Shown here piece after piece: positions 1 through 6,422 of a DNA stretch of 13,997 nucleotides. The DNA lies in contig JBGQEL010000116.1 of assembly GCA_041496385.1 (NCBI GenBank), forward strand, positions 1 through 13,997, read 5' to 3'. Source of the DNA: Candidatus Methylomirabilia bacterium. GTDB taxonomy: Bacteria; Methylomirabilota; Methylomirabilia; Rokubacteriales; CSP1-6. The position numbers and the translations under genes were made by a program. Under the pieces are notes generated by a model that was not told the origin of the DNA, ran no database searches, and saw only the letters and a list, made by a program, of their open reading frames with translations. Every line of letters begins with the position of its first letter. The stretch's first letter is position 1.

Positions 1-7
1 GCGTTGG

Positions 8-1123
8 TCATGATCCCCTCACCCAGAAGATCGCGAGGCCGACGGCGGCGCCGGCGGCGATCAGGATCGGTTCCGGCACCTTGAAGCGCCACGTCACGGC
101 GAGCGCCACCAGCGCGATCAGCACGCTCGGCACGTCCACGATCGCGCGCCGGGCGAGCACGAAGCAGGCGCCGGCGATCGCGCCCGAGGCCGCGGCCGTG
201 ACGCCGCCGACGAAGGCCCGGACTTGTGGATTGCCGCTGATCCGGTCGAACCAAGGGAACGGAATGACGACGAAGAGGTAGACCGGCAGGAAGACGCCGA
301 CGGCGGCGGCGCAGGCGCCCGGGAAGCTCGCCACGAGGTAGCCGATGAACGCCACGGTGATGACGACGGGGCCGGGCGTGAGCATCGCGACCGCCACGGC
401 GTCGAGGAACTGCTTGTCGTTGAGCCAGTGGTTCTCCTGCACGACACCCCCGTAGAGGAAGGGCACGATCGCCAGCCCGCTGCCGAACACGAAGGCGCCG
501 GCCTTGGTGAAGAACCAGAGGATCTGCAGGAGCACGTCGGGCGACGCCAGCACGAGGCACGCCCCGCGCGCGCGCCGGAGGAAGGCCGGCGGCGCCTGGA
601 CGATCATCGCGATCGCCCCGGACAGGACGAAGAGCGAGGCCGCCTCCGACTCGGTCCACGCCGTGACGACGGCCATCACCGCGAAGATGAGCCACTGGAG
701 CCGGTCCTTCGCCAGCGTGAGCTTCGCCAGCTTCCAGGCCGCGAGCGTGATGATCGCGATCACCGTGGCGCCGACCCCGTAGAACGCCGCCTGCATCCAG
801 GAGAGGCCGCCGAAGCGGACGTAGAGCCAGCCGATGGCGACCGTCATGAGGAACGAGGGCATGATGAAGGCGAGCGCGACGAGCGTGGCGCCGCGCACGC
901 GCGAGTGGACGAAGCCCAGGCAGATCGCGAGCTGGGCGGCGAGCGGACCGGGCGCCAGCTGCGAGAGCGCGAGCGATTTCAGGTACTCCTCCCGGGTGAA
1001 CCAGCCACGCCGCTCGACGAGGTCGCGCTGCATGTAGCCGACGAGCGCCACGGGGCCGCCGAAGCCGAGACTGCCCAGATAGAGGAAGTAGCGGAGGAGG
1101 TCCGCGGTCGAGGGGCGTGTCAT
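8..1123 (-). CDS. chrA: Chromate efflux transporter, long-chain CHR family (two CHR domains), 371 aa
   Basis: C-terminal part of ORF 8..2056. It starts MTRPSTADLL at ATG 1123, which overlaps the chrB stop (ATGA, 1120-1123). CHR motifs are present in both halves: GSLGFGGPVALVGYMQRDLVERRGW...LSQLAPGP and KAGAFVFGSGLAIVPFL...AMLTPGPVVITVAFIGY. Many hydrophobic segments. Confidence 0.93.
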   Translation of the reverse strand: MTRPSTADLLRYFLYLGSLGFGGPVALVGYMQRDLVERRGWFTREEYLKSLALSQLAPGPLAAQLAICLGFVHSRVRGATLVALAFIMPSFLMTVAIGWLYVRFGGLSWMQAAFYGVGATVIAIITLAAWKLAKLTLAKDRLQWLIFAVMAVVTAWTESEAASLFVLSGAIAMIVQAPPAFLRRARGACLVLASPDVLLQILWFFTKAGAFVFGSGLAIVPFLYGGVVQENHWLNDKQFLDAVAVAMLTPGPVVITVAFIGYLVASFPGACAAAVGVFLPVYLFVVIPFPWFDRISGNPQVRAFVGGVTAAASGAIAGACFVLARRAIVDVPSVLIALVALAVTWRFKVPEPILIAAGAAVGLAIFWVRGS

Positions 1124-2064
1124 CCGCGTTTCCCCGTGCTCAGGGCCGCGTAGAACCCGTCGAAGAGGACCAGGCCGTGGGCGAGCACGTCCTGGTCGTC
1201 CTTGAGCGCGGCGAGAAGCCCCCGAATGGCGAGGTCGACCCCGCGCGCCTCGTCGCGCCGGTACTTCTCGTCCCGCAGATCGACCTCGTGGACGATCTCG
1301 GCGAGCGCCTGCAGACGCGCGTCGCGCAGGCCGCAGCGCTTCATGATCGTCTCGAACGTGCAGTCCTCCCCGCGGTGCCCGAATTCGGCGCCGAGCGCAT
1401 CGAAGGGGATCGCGTCGGGCGGGAAGTCTTCGGGTCGCGCGAAGAGAAACTCCGCCTCGGCGTCCACGAATCGCTTGACGAGCCAGGCCGAGCCGATCCG
1501 ATCCACGTGCGGGCGGGGGCGCGTGACCCAGCGCCGGCCGCGCAGCGACTCGGGCGGCGCGTCGACGCCGGCCGCCGGCGCGGGCGGGTGCAGACGCATC
1601 TCGAGCGTCTCGCGGAGCCGCCGGACGTCCTCGCCGCCGGGCGCGTCGAAGAAGTCGATCTCGCGCACGCGCTCGAGCTCGCGCGCGAGCCGGACGAGCT
1701 CGTCCTGCGCGCGCGCGAGGACGCGGACCGGGGCCTTCCGCTCGAGGCGCTGGGCGATCTTCCGGTAGGCGGCGCCGATCGTCCGATAGTCGAGCGCGCG
1801 CGCCTCCTGGAAGCGCCGGACGACGTCGGCGCGCGTCATGTTCTCGACCTGGTCCACCCGGAGGAGCGTGGCCTCGCCGCCCGCGCGCTGGACCTCCTGG
1901 CTGAGCCACTGGAAGTGCTCCGAGCTGTCGGCGCTGAACGGCAGGATGTAGACGGACTTCTTCAGCGACACGGCGCCCAGCGCCTTCAGCTTGCGCCACA
2001 CCCTCACGCGCAGGCTCGAGGGGTGCGGCGGCAGCGCGACCAGCAGGACCAGCCATTGAGCCAT
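1120..2064 (-). CDS. chrB: Chromate resistance regulator ChrB, full length (N-terminal regulatory domain plus ChrB C-terminal domain)
   Basis: N-terminus WLVLLVALPPHPSSLRVRVWRKLKALGAVSLKKSVYILP; C-terminal domain WVTRPRPHVDRIGSAWLVKRFVD...PFDALGAEFGHRGEDCTFE...IVHEVDL; directly upstream of chrA. The start is ATG 2064 or ATG 2073. The ORF-track start at 2277 overlaps the divergent gene and is rejected. Confidence 0.88.
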   Translation of the reverse strand: MAQWLVLLVALPPHPSSLRVRVWRKLKALGAVSLKKSVYILPFSADSSEHFQWLSQEVQRAGGEATLLRVDQVENMTRADVVRRFQEARALDYRTIGAAYRKIAQRLERKAPVRVLARAQDELVRLARELERVREIDFFDAPGGEDVRRLRETLEMRLHPPAPAAGVDAPPESLRGRRWVTRPRPHVDRIGSAWLVKRFVDAEAEFLFARPEDFPPDAIPFDALGAEFGHRGEDCTFETIMKRCGLRDARLQALAEIVHEVDLRDEKYRRDEARGVDLAIRGLLAALKDDQDVLAHGLVLFDGFYAALSTGKRG

Positions 2065-2067
2065 CGG

Positions 2068-2096
2068 TTGCATCGCAATGTAACGTATGTTACATA
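2068..2096 (+). promoter_or_regulatory. Putative sigma70-type promoter for the rightward ChrF-like operon (TTGCAT-17 bp-TACATA)
   Basis: Plus strand TTGCAT (2068-2073), 17-nt spacer, TACATA (2091-2096). The -10 lacks the conserved final T. A Shine-Dalgarno GGAGG (2124-2128) precedes ATG 2135. Confidence 0.35.
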
Positions 2097-2105
2097 GTCG
2101 TGCAA
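2077..2105 (-). promoter_or_regulatory. Putative sigma70-type promoter for chrB-chrA (TTGCAC-17 bp-TACATT)
   Basis: Minus strand reads TTGCAC (2105-2100), a 17-nt spacer, then TACATT (2082-2077), just upstream of the chrB ATG codons. Confidence 0.5.
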
Positions 2106-2134
2106 CGGGAAAATTCCCCGTATGGAGGCTCGGC

Positions 2135-2569
2135 ATGAAATGGGTGACGCGTGAGAAGGCCCGGGTGGATCGGATCGCCTGCCCCTGGCTCGTGAGCCGG
2201 TTCATCGACCGGGACCCGACGTTCCTCTTCGTGCCCGATCGGGAGGTGCTGGCGGTCGCCGAGCGGGAGGGCGCCATCGCCTACGACGTGCCCGGCGTCG
2301 AGCTGGGGCACGCGGGCGAGCGCTGCTCGTTCGACGCGTTCCTGGCCAAGTACCGCCTGGACGACCCGGCGCTCGGCGCCCTGGCGCTCATCGTCCGCGG
2401 CGCGGACACCGATGCGCGCCAGCTCACACCCGAGTCGGCCGGGCTCTACGCGCTGGCGTCCGGCTTCCGCGAGACCGCGCGGGACGACCACGAGAACATG
2501 GCGCGTCAGTTCCCGGCCTACGACGCGCTCTATGCGTTCTGCCAGGCGCGCCTCAAGGGTCGCGCCTGA
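2135..2569 (+). CDS. Stand-alone ChrB C-terminal-domain protein (ChrF-like chromate resistance protein), 144 aa
   Basis: Starts MKWVTREKARVDRIACPWLVSRFID after GGAGG at 2124-2128. Contains YDVPGVELGHAGERCSFDAFL...IVRGADT...PESAGL...YDALY, visibly homologous to the C-terminal half of the ChrB in this window. Confidence 0.88.
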   Translation: MKWVTREKARVDRIACPWLVSRFIDRDPTFLFVPDREVLAVAEREGAIAYDVPGVELGHAGERCSFDAFLAKYRLDDPALGALALIVRGADTDARQLTPESAGLYALASGFRETARDDHENMARQFPAYDALYAFCQARLKGRA

Positions 2570-3195
2570 TGGATCCGCAGATCCTCGTGTTCGCCGGCGT
2601 GGCGGCCGTCCTCACGATCACGCCGGGCGCCGACACGATGCTGGTCGTCCGGAACGTGCTCGCGCGCGGCCGGCGCGCCGGCCTCCTGACGACGACCGGC
2701 ATCTGCGCCGGTTGCTTCATGCACGCCACGCTCTCCGCGCTCGGCGTCTCGCTGATCCTCGCGCGCTCGGCGGCGGCCTTCGAGACGGTCAAGCTCGCGG
2801 GCGCCGCGTACCTCGTCTGGCTCGGCGTCCAGTCGCTGCGGCGCGCCTGGCGCGGCGGCGCGGAGCCCGCGGCCGGGATCGCCGCGCCCGCGTCCGGCGC
2901 CCGGTCCTTTCTCGAGGGCCTCACGACGAACGCGCTGAATCCGAAGGTGGCGATCTTCTACCTCGCGTTCCTGCCCCAGTTCGTCAGCGCGAGCGATCCG
3001 GTCCTGACAAAATCGCTGCTCCTCGCGACGATCCACGTCGGGATCGGGCTCGCGTGGCTCTCGCTCGTCGCCTGGTCGCTCGGGGCGCTGCGCACGGTCT
3101 TCGAGCGCCCACGGGTCCGGCGCGCGCTGGAGGGCGTCACCGCCGCGGCGCTGATCGTGCTGGGCGTGCGCCTGGCGCTCGAGCGCCGCCGATGA
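2569..3195 (+). CDS. LysE/RhtB family translocator (amino-acid-type exporter), 208 aa
   Basis: Motifs LTITPGADT...GRRAGL, KLAGAAYLVWLG and FLEGLTTNALNPKVAIFYLAFLPQF. ATG overlaps the upstream TGA (TGATG). Confidence 0.92.
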   Translation: MDPQILVFAGVAAVLTITPGADTMLVVRNVLARGRRAGLLTTTGICAGCFMHATLSALGVSLILARSAAAFETVKLAGAAYLVWLGVQSLRRAWRGGAEPAAGIAAPASGARSFLEGLTTNALNPKVAIFYLAFLPQFVSASDPVLTKSLLLATIHVGIGLAWLSLVAWSLGALRTVFERPRVRRALEGVTAAALIVLGVRLALERRR

Positions 3196-4166
3196 CACTG
3201 CTCCTGACCCGCCGCGACGTCGCAGAGCTGCTCGATCTCGACGAATGCATCGCCGCGGTCGAGCGCGCGTTCCGGCTTCACGCCGAGGGCCGGACCCTGC
3301 CGCCCGGTGTCCTCGGCATCCCCGCGGGCGAGGGCGCCTTCCATATCAAGGCGGCGGGGCTCGGGGGCTACTTCGCCGCGAAGACCAACGGGAACTTCTC
3401 CGGCAATCCGGCGCGCTTCGGACTGCCGGCCATCCAGGGGGTCGTCGCGCTCTTCGACGCCGAGAAGGGCTCGCCGCTCGCCCTGATGGACTCGATCGAG
3501 ATCACCATCCTCAGGACGGGCGCGGCCACCGCGGTCGCCGCCCGGTACCTGGCCCGGCCCGACGCGCGCGTGGCCACGATCTTCGGCTGCGGCAACCAGG
3601 GCCGCGTCCAGCTGCGCGCCCTGACGCGCGTTCTCCCGCTCACCCGCGCGTACGCCTTCGACGCCGACCCCGCGCGAGCTGCCCGCTTCGCCGCCGAGAT
3701 GTCGGCGGAGCTGGGCATCGAGGTCGCGGCCGTCGCCGACCTCGCCGCAGCCGTCAAGGCCAGCGACGTTTGCGTCACCTGCACGCCGTCGCGGCGGGCC
3801 TTCCTCGGACGCGCCGACGTGGCGCCGGGCACCTTCGTCGCGGCGGTCGGCGCCGACAACGAGGACAAGCAGGAGCTGGAGCCCGCGCTCGTCGCGTCGA
3901 GCACTCTCGTGGTGGACGTGCTCGAGCAGGCCGCGACGATCGGCGAGCTCCACCACGCGCTCGACGCCGGACTGATGACGCGCGCCGAGGTCCACGCGGA
4001 GCTCGGCGAGGTGGTCGCCGGCCGGAAGCCCGGCCGCGCCTCGCGCGACGCGGTGACCATCTTCGACAGCACGGGTACCGCGCTCCAGGACGTCGCGGCC
4101 GCCGTGGCGGTGTACGAGAAGGCGCGTGTCGCCGGGCGCGGGCTCACACTGGACCTGGCATCGTGA
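3192..4166 (+). CDS. Ornithine cyclodeaminase / mu-crystallin family NAD(P)-dependent enzyme, 324 aa
   Basis: Real start MTLLLTRRDV at ATG 3192 (ATGA overlap with the LysE stop). Motifs ITILRTGAATAVAARYLA, Rossmann IFGCGNQG, AVGAD...KQEL and FDSTGTALQD. The substrate cannot be assigned from sequence by eye. Confidence 0.92.
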   Translation: MTLLLTRRDVAELLDLDECIAAVERAFRLHAEGRTLPPGVLGIPAGEGAFHIKAAGLGGYFAAKTNGNFSGNPARFGLPAIQGVVALFDAEKGSPLALMDSIEITILRTGAATAVAARYLARPDARVATIFGCGNQGRVQLRALTRVLPLTRAYAFDADPARAARFAAEMSAELGIEVAAVADLAAAVKASDVCVTCTPSRRAFLGRADVAPGTFVAAVGADNEDKQELEPALVASSTLVVDVLEQAATIGELHHALDAGLMTRAEVHAELGEVVAGRKPGRASRDAVTIFDSTGTALQDVAAAVAVYEKARVAGRGLTLDLAS

Positions 4167-4804
4167 TGCGAGCGGGGCGCGCCCTTCTGCTGACCCTGAC
4201 CGCGCTCGTGGCGGTCGCCGGGGCCGCCGACGCGCCGCGCGTACCCGAGGAGGCGCCCGTGACCCGCTTCGACTTCGAGAACGGTACCCTCGACGGCTGG
4301 ACGACGATGGACGGCCGGTGGGCCATCGAGGAGGCCGGCGACGCGCCCAGCGGGCGGCGCGTCCTCGTCCAGCGCGCGACGGCGAACGCCTTCGACGTCA
4401 TCGTCGCGCCCGGCGGTCCGTGGACCGATGTGGACGTGTCCGTCGGCTTCAAGCCGATGGCCGGGCGCGAGGACGCCTCGGGCGGGATCGTCTTCCGTTT
4501 CACCGACGGGCGCTACTACGTCGTGCGGGCGAATGCTCTGGAAGACAACTTCCGTCTCTACCAGTACGACCGCGCCCGCCGCGAGCTCGCGAGCGCGCGC
4601 GTGGCGACGCCAGCGCTCGGCCACTGGCACGCGCTGCGCGTCGTCGCGGTCGGCGACCGCATCCAGGGTTGGCTCGATGGTAAGCTCCTCCTCGATCATC
4701 GGGACACCCGCCTCCGCTCGGGCCAGGTGGGCCTCTGGACGAAGGCGGACTCCATCACCGCCTTCGACGATCTCACCATCCGCGGGGTCGCCGGAGCCAG
4801 GTAG
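4166..4804 (+). CDS. Secreted beta-sandwich protein, DUF1080 / LamG (concanavalin A-like) type, 212 aa
   Basis: ATG 4166 overlaps the upstream TGA. Signal-peptide-like N-terminus MRAGRALLLTLTALVAVAGA. Beta-rich pattern GIVFRFTDGRYYVVRANALEDNFRLY...WHALRVVAVGDRIQGWLDG...SGQVGLWTKADSITAFDDLTI. Confidence 0.75.
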   Translation: MRAGRALLLTLTALVAVAGAADAPRVPEEAPVTRFDFENGTLDGWTTMDGRWAIEEAGDAPSGRRVLVQRATANAFDVIVAPGGPWTDVDVSVGFKPMAGREDASGGIVFRFTDGRYYVVRANALEDNFRLYQYDRARRELASARVATPALGHWHALRVVAVGDRIQGWLDGKLLLDHRDTRLRSGQVGLWTKADSITAFDDLTIRGVAGAR

Positions 4805-4828
4805 TCCCCGATCAAAGGAGGGATCGCC

Positions 4829-5182
4829 ATGCCGATCCAGACGCGCTACCTGTTCGCCGCCGCCATGGACGTCGAACCCGCGAAGGACGCGATCTTCAAC
4901 GAGGTCTACGACACCGAGCACGTGCCGCTGCTCCTGAAGGTCCCCGGCGTCATCGCCGTCGCGCGCTTCAAGAAGCAGGAGCTGACGATGATCCTCGGGG
5001 GCGAGCGCAAGACCATCGTGGTCGAGAACGAGCCCGCGTACAACGCGCTCTACGAAGTGGAGGGCCCCGAGGTCCTGACGAGCGAGGCGTGGGCGAAGGC
5101 GGTCGACCAGGGCCGCTGGCCCGGCCAGGTGCGCCCCTTCACCAAGAACCGGCGGCACGTCCTCTACCGGCGCATTCCGTAG
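4829..5182 (+). CDS. Small dimeric alpha+beta barrel protein (EthD / DUF4286-like), 117 aa
   Basis: Strong SD AAGGAGG at 4815-4821. Motif FNEVYDTEHVPLLLKVPGVIAVARF...YNALYE resembles EthD-like barrel proteins. Confidence 0.7.
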   Translation: MPIQTRYLFAAAMDVEPAKDAIFNEVYDTEHVPLLLKVPGVIAVARFKKQELTMILGGERKTIVVENEPAYNALYEVEGPEVLTSEAWAKAVDQGRWPGQVRPFTKNRRHVLYRRIP

Positions 5183-5186
5183 CACG

Positions 5187-5765
5187 TTGGCCGACGGGCT
5201 GGTGCTCACGCACGGCGCCGGCGGCAACGCCGGGACGCCGCCGCTGCCCGCGCTCGCCGCCGCGTTCGAGGCCCGCGGCCTCGTCGTGCAGCGCTACGAC
5301 CTCCCCTTCCGGCAGGCGCGGCCGAAGGGGCCGCCGTCGCCGCGCGGCGCCCCGGGCGATCGCGACGGTCTGCGGCAGGCCGTTCTCGCGATGCGCGAGC
5401 GCCGCGTCCGGCGCGTCTTCCTGGGCGGTCAGTCCTACGGCGGGCGTCAGGCGAGCATCCTCGCGGCCGACGAGCCGGGGCTCGTCGACGCGCTGCTGCT
5501 CCTCTCCTACCCGCTGCATCCGCCCGGGCGCCCCGATCGGCCGCGCACACTGCACTTCCGCGACCTGCGCGCGCGCGCTCTCTTCGTGCACGGCGCCGCC
5601 GACCCGTTCGCCACCCGCGAGGAGCTCGAGGCCGCGCGCCTCCTGATCCCCGCGCGCACCGAGATCCTCGCGATCCAGGGCGCCGGCCACGACCTCTCGC
5701 GCGGCTCGGGGCCCGACGTCGCGGAGCGGATCGCCATCGCGTTTCTCGACTTCGTCACGCCCTGA
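5187..5765 (+). CDS. Alpha/beta-fold hydrolase (KANL3/Tex30-like family), 192 aa
   Basis: LTHGAGG oxyanion-loop motif, nucleophile elbow GGQSYGGR, LSYPLHPPG, HGAADPF (Asp) and GAGHDL (His). TTG start 4 nt after the upstream stop, so the start is uncertain. Confidence 0.85.
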   Translation: MADGLVLTHGAGGNAGTPPLPALAAAFEARGLVVQRYDLPFRQARPKGPPSPRGAPGDRDGLRQAVLAMRERRVRRVFLGGQSYGGRQASILAADEPGLVDALLLLSYPLHPPGRPDRPRTLHFRDLRARALFVHGAADPFATREELEAARLLIPARTEILAIQGAGHDLSRGSGPDVAERIAIAFLDFVTP

Positions 5766-5780
5766 TCCTTCGCCTCACAC

Positions 5781-5814
5781 TTCCGGAATTCATTCCGGAA
5801 TTTTCTTTCCGGAA
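5781..5814. repeat. Three copies of the palindrome TTCCGGAA in an AT-rich intergenic spacer
   Basis: TTCCGGAA at 5781-5788, 5793-5800 and 5807-5814. The first two form the larger dyad TTCCGGAAT-TC-ATTCCGGAA. Confidence 0.85.
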
Positions 5815-5828
5815 ACGAAATTTATTTC

Positions 5829-5857
5829 TTGCGTCCTTCTCCAGGGCCCTGTACGTT
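5829..5857 (+). promoter_or_regulatory. Putative sigma70-type promoter of the PEP-CTERM gene (TTGCGT-17 bp-TACGTT)
   Basis: TTGCGT 5829-5834, 17-nt spacer, TACGTT 5852-5857, with an A/T tract (UP-element-like) upstream. SD-like GAGGGAGGA at 5872-5880 precedes ATG 5886. Confidence 0.5.
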
Positions 5858-5885
5858 GCGTGACAATTCTCGAGGGAGGACGCAC

Positions 5886-6404
5886 ATGATGAAGAAGCTC
5901 CTGCTCGGCGCGCTCGTCCTGCTGGCCGCGCTCACCGTCACGCACACCGACGCGCTCGCCACCGGCTGGAGTCAGAACTTCGTCATGAACAAGGACACCG
6001 AGGGCAAGCCGTGGGACGAGGCTGTTCTGGTGATCCACGCCATCACCTTCGCGAATCCCGGGATCAGCAACATCAGCGACGCGGCGTGGTCCCCGGGGGT
6101 GATGAACGCGGTGCAGACGGTCATCACGATCGTCGGGCCGGCGCGGCTGTCCGACCTCTACTTCACGTTGAACTTCAACGCGCCGTCGTCGACGCCGTTC
6201 AGCTTCGACGCCTTCCAGTACCTCGGCGACACCCTGCTGACGGGCGACACCACGCACGCGGTCTGGGACGGGAGCCAGTGGACGTTCGCTGGCGCGCCGG
6301 ACCTGCCCTCGCCCATGCCGGAGCCGGCGACGCTCCTCCTGCTCGGCGCCGGCGTTGGCGGACTCGCCGGTCAGTCGTGGTGGAGGAAGCGCCGGGCGCG
6401 GTAG
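5886..6404 (+). CDS. PEP-CTERM sorting-domain surface protein, 172 aa
   Basis: Signal peptide MMKKLLLGALVLLAALTVTHTDALA. The C-terminus PMPEPATLLLLGAGVGGLAGQSWWRKRRAR is a PEP motif, TM helix and basic tail. Good SD. Confidence 0.9.
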   Translation: MMKKLLLGALVLLAALTVTHTDALATGWSQNFVMNKDTEGKPWDEAVLVIHAITFANPGISNISDAAWSPGVMNAVQTVITIVGPARLSDLYFTLNFNAPSSTPFSFDAFQYLGDTLLTGDTTHAVWDGSQWTFAGAPDLPSPMPEPATLLLLGAGVGGLAGQSWWRKRRAR

Positions 6405-6422
6405 TCGATCGCGCCGCCGACG

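Larger units (their letters stand above)
2067..2106. promoter_or_regulatory. Putative operator: dyad of four 7-bp half-sites GTTGCAT-N4-ATGTAAC-N4-GTTACAT-N4-GTGCAAC
   Basis: Perfect inner inverted repeat ATGTAAC (2078-2084)/GTTACAT (2089-2095) and outer inverted repeat GTTGCA (2067-2072)/TGCAAC (2101-2106) share the same centre (2086/2087). AT-rich island between divergent genes, one of which is a regulator. Confidence 0.75.

Noticed and set aside
8..2056. 682-aa ORF suggesting an N-terminally extended ChrA or a ChrB-ChrA fusion
   Set aside because: The first ~310 residues are Arg/Ala/Pro-rich off-frame translation of chrB. ChrA homology starts at ATG 1123, which overlaps the chrB stop in the ordinary ATGA manner.
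2412..4804. Long N-terminal extensions on the OCD (2412..4166) and DUF1080-like (3245..4804) ORFs
   Set aside because: The extensions are low-complexity alternative frames of the upstream genes, as expected where stop codons are scarce in high-GC DNA. Real starts coincide with stop/start overlaps at 3192 and 4166.
3368..5227. 619-aa minus-strand ORF and other long antisense ORFs (e.g. 1117..2097, 7487..8506, 11147..12715)
   Set aside because: They are antisense shadows of well-supported genes, with no recognisable motifs.
1..5765. chr genes as part of a transposon or resistance island
   Set aside because: No transposase, integrase, terminal inverted repeats or obvious compositional break is visible. 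Context left of position 1 is unknown.
5781..5814. TTCCGGAA repeats as a mini-CRISPR or as canonical LytTR boxes
   Set aside because: The repeats are 8 bp with 4-6 bp gaps and there are no cas genes, so this is not CRISPR. Typical LytTR sites are non-palindromic direct repeats about two helical turns apart, which the 12/14-bp periods do not match.
6405..6422. Bidirectional terminator between the convergent PEP-CTERM and hydrolase genes
   Set aside because: Only 18 bp with at best a 4-bp GTCG/CGAC stem and no T-tract.
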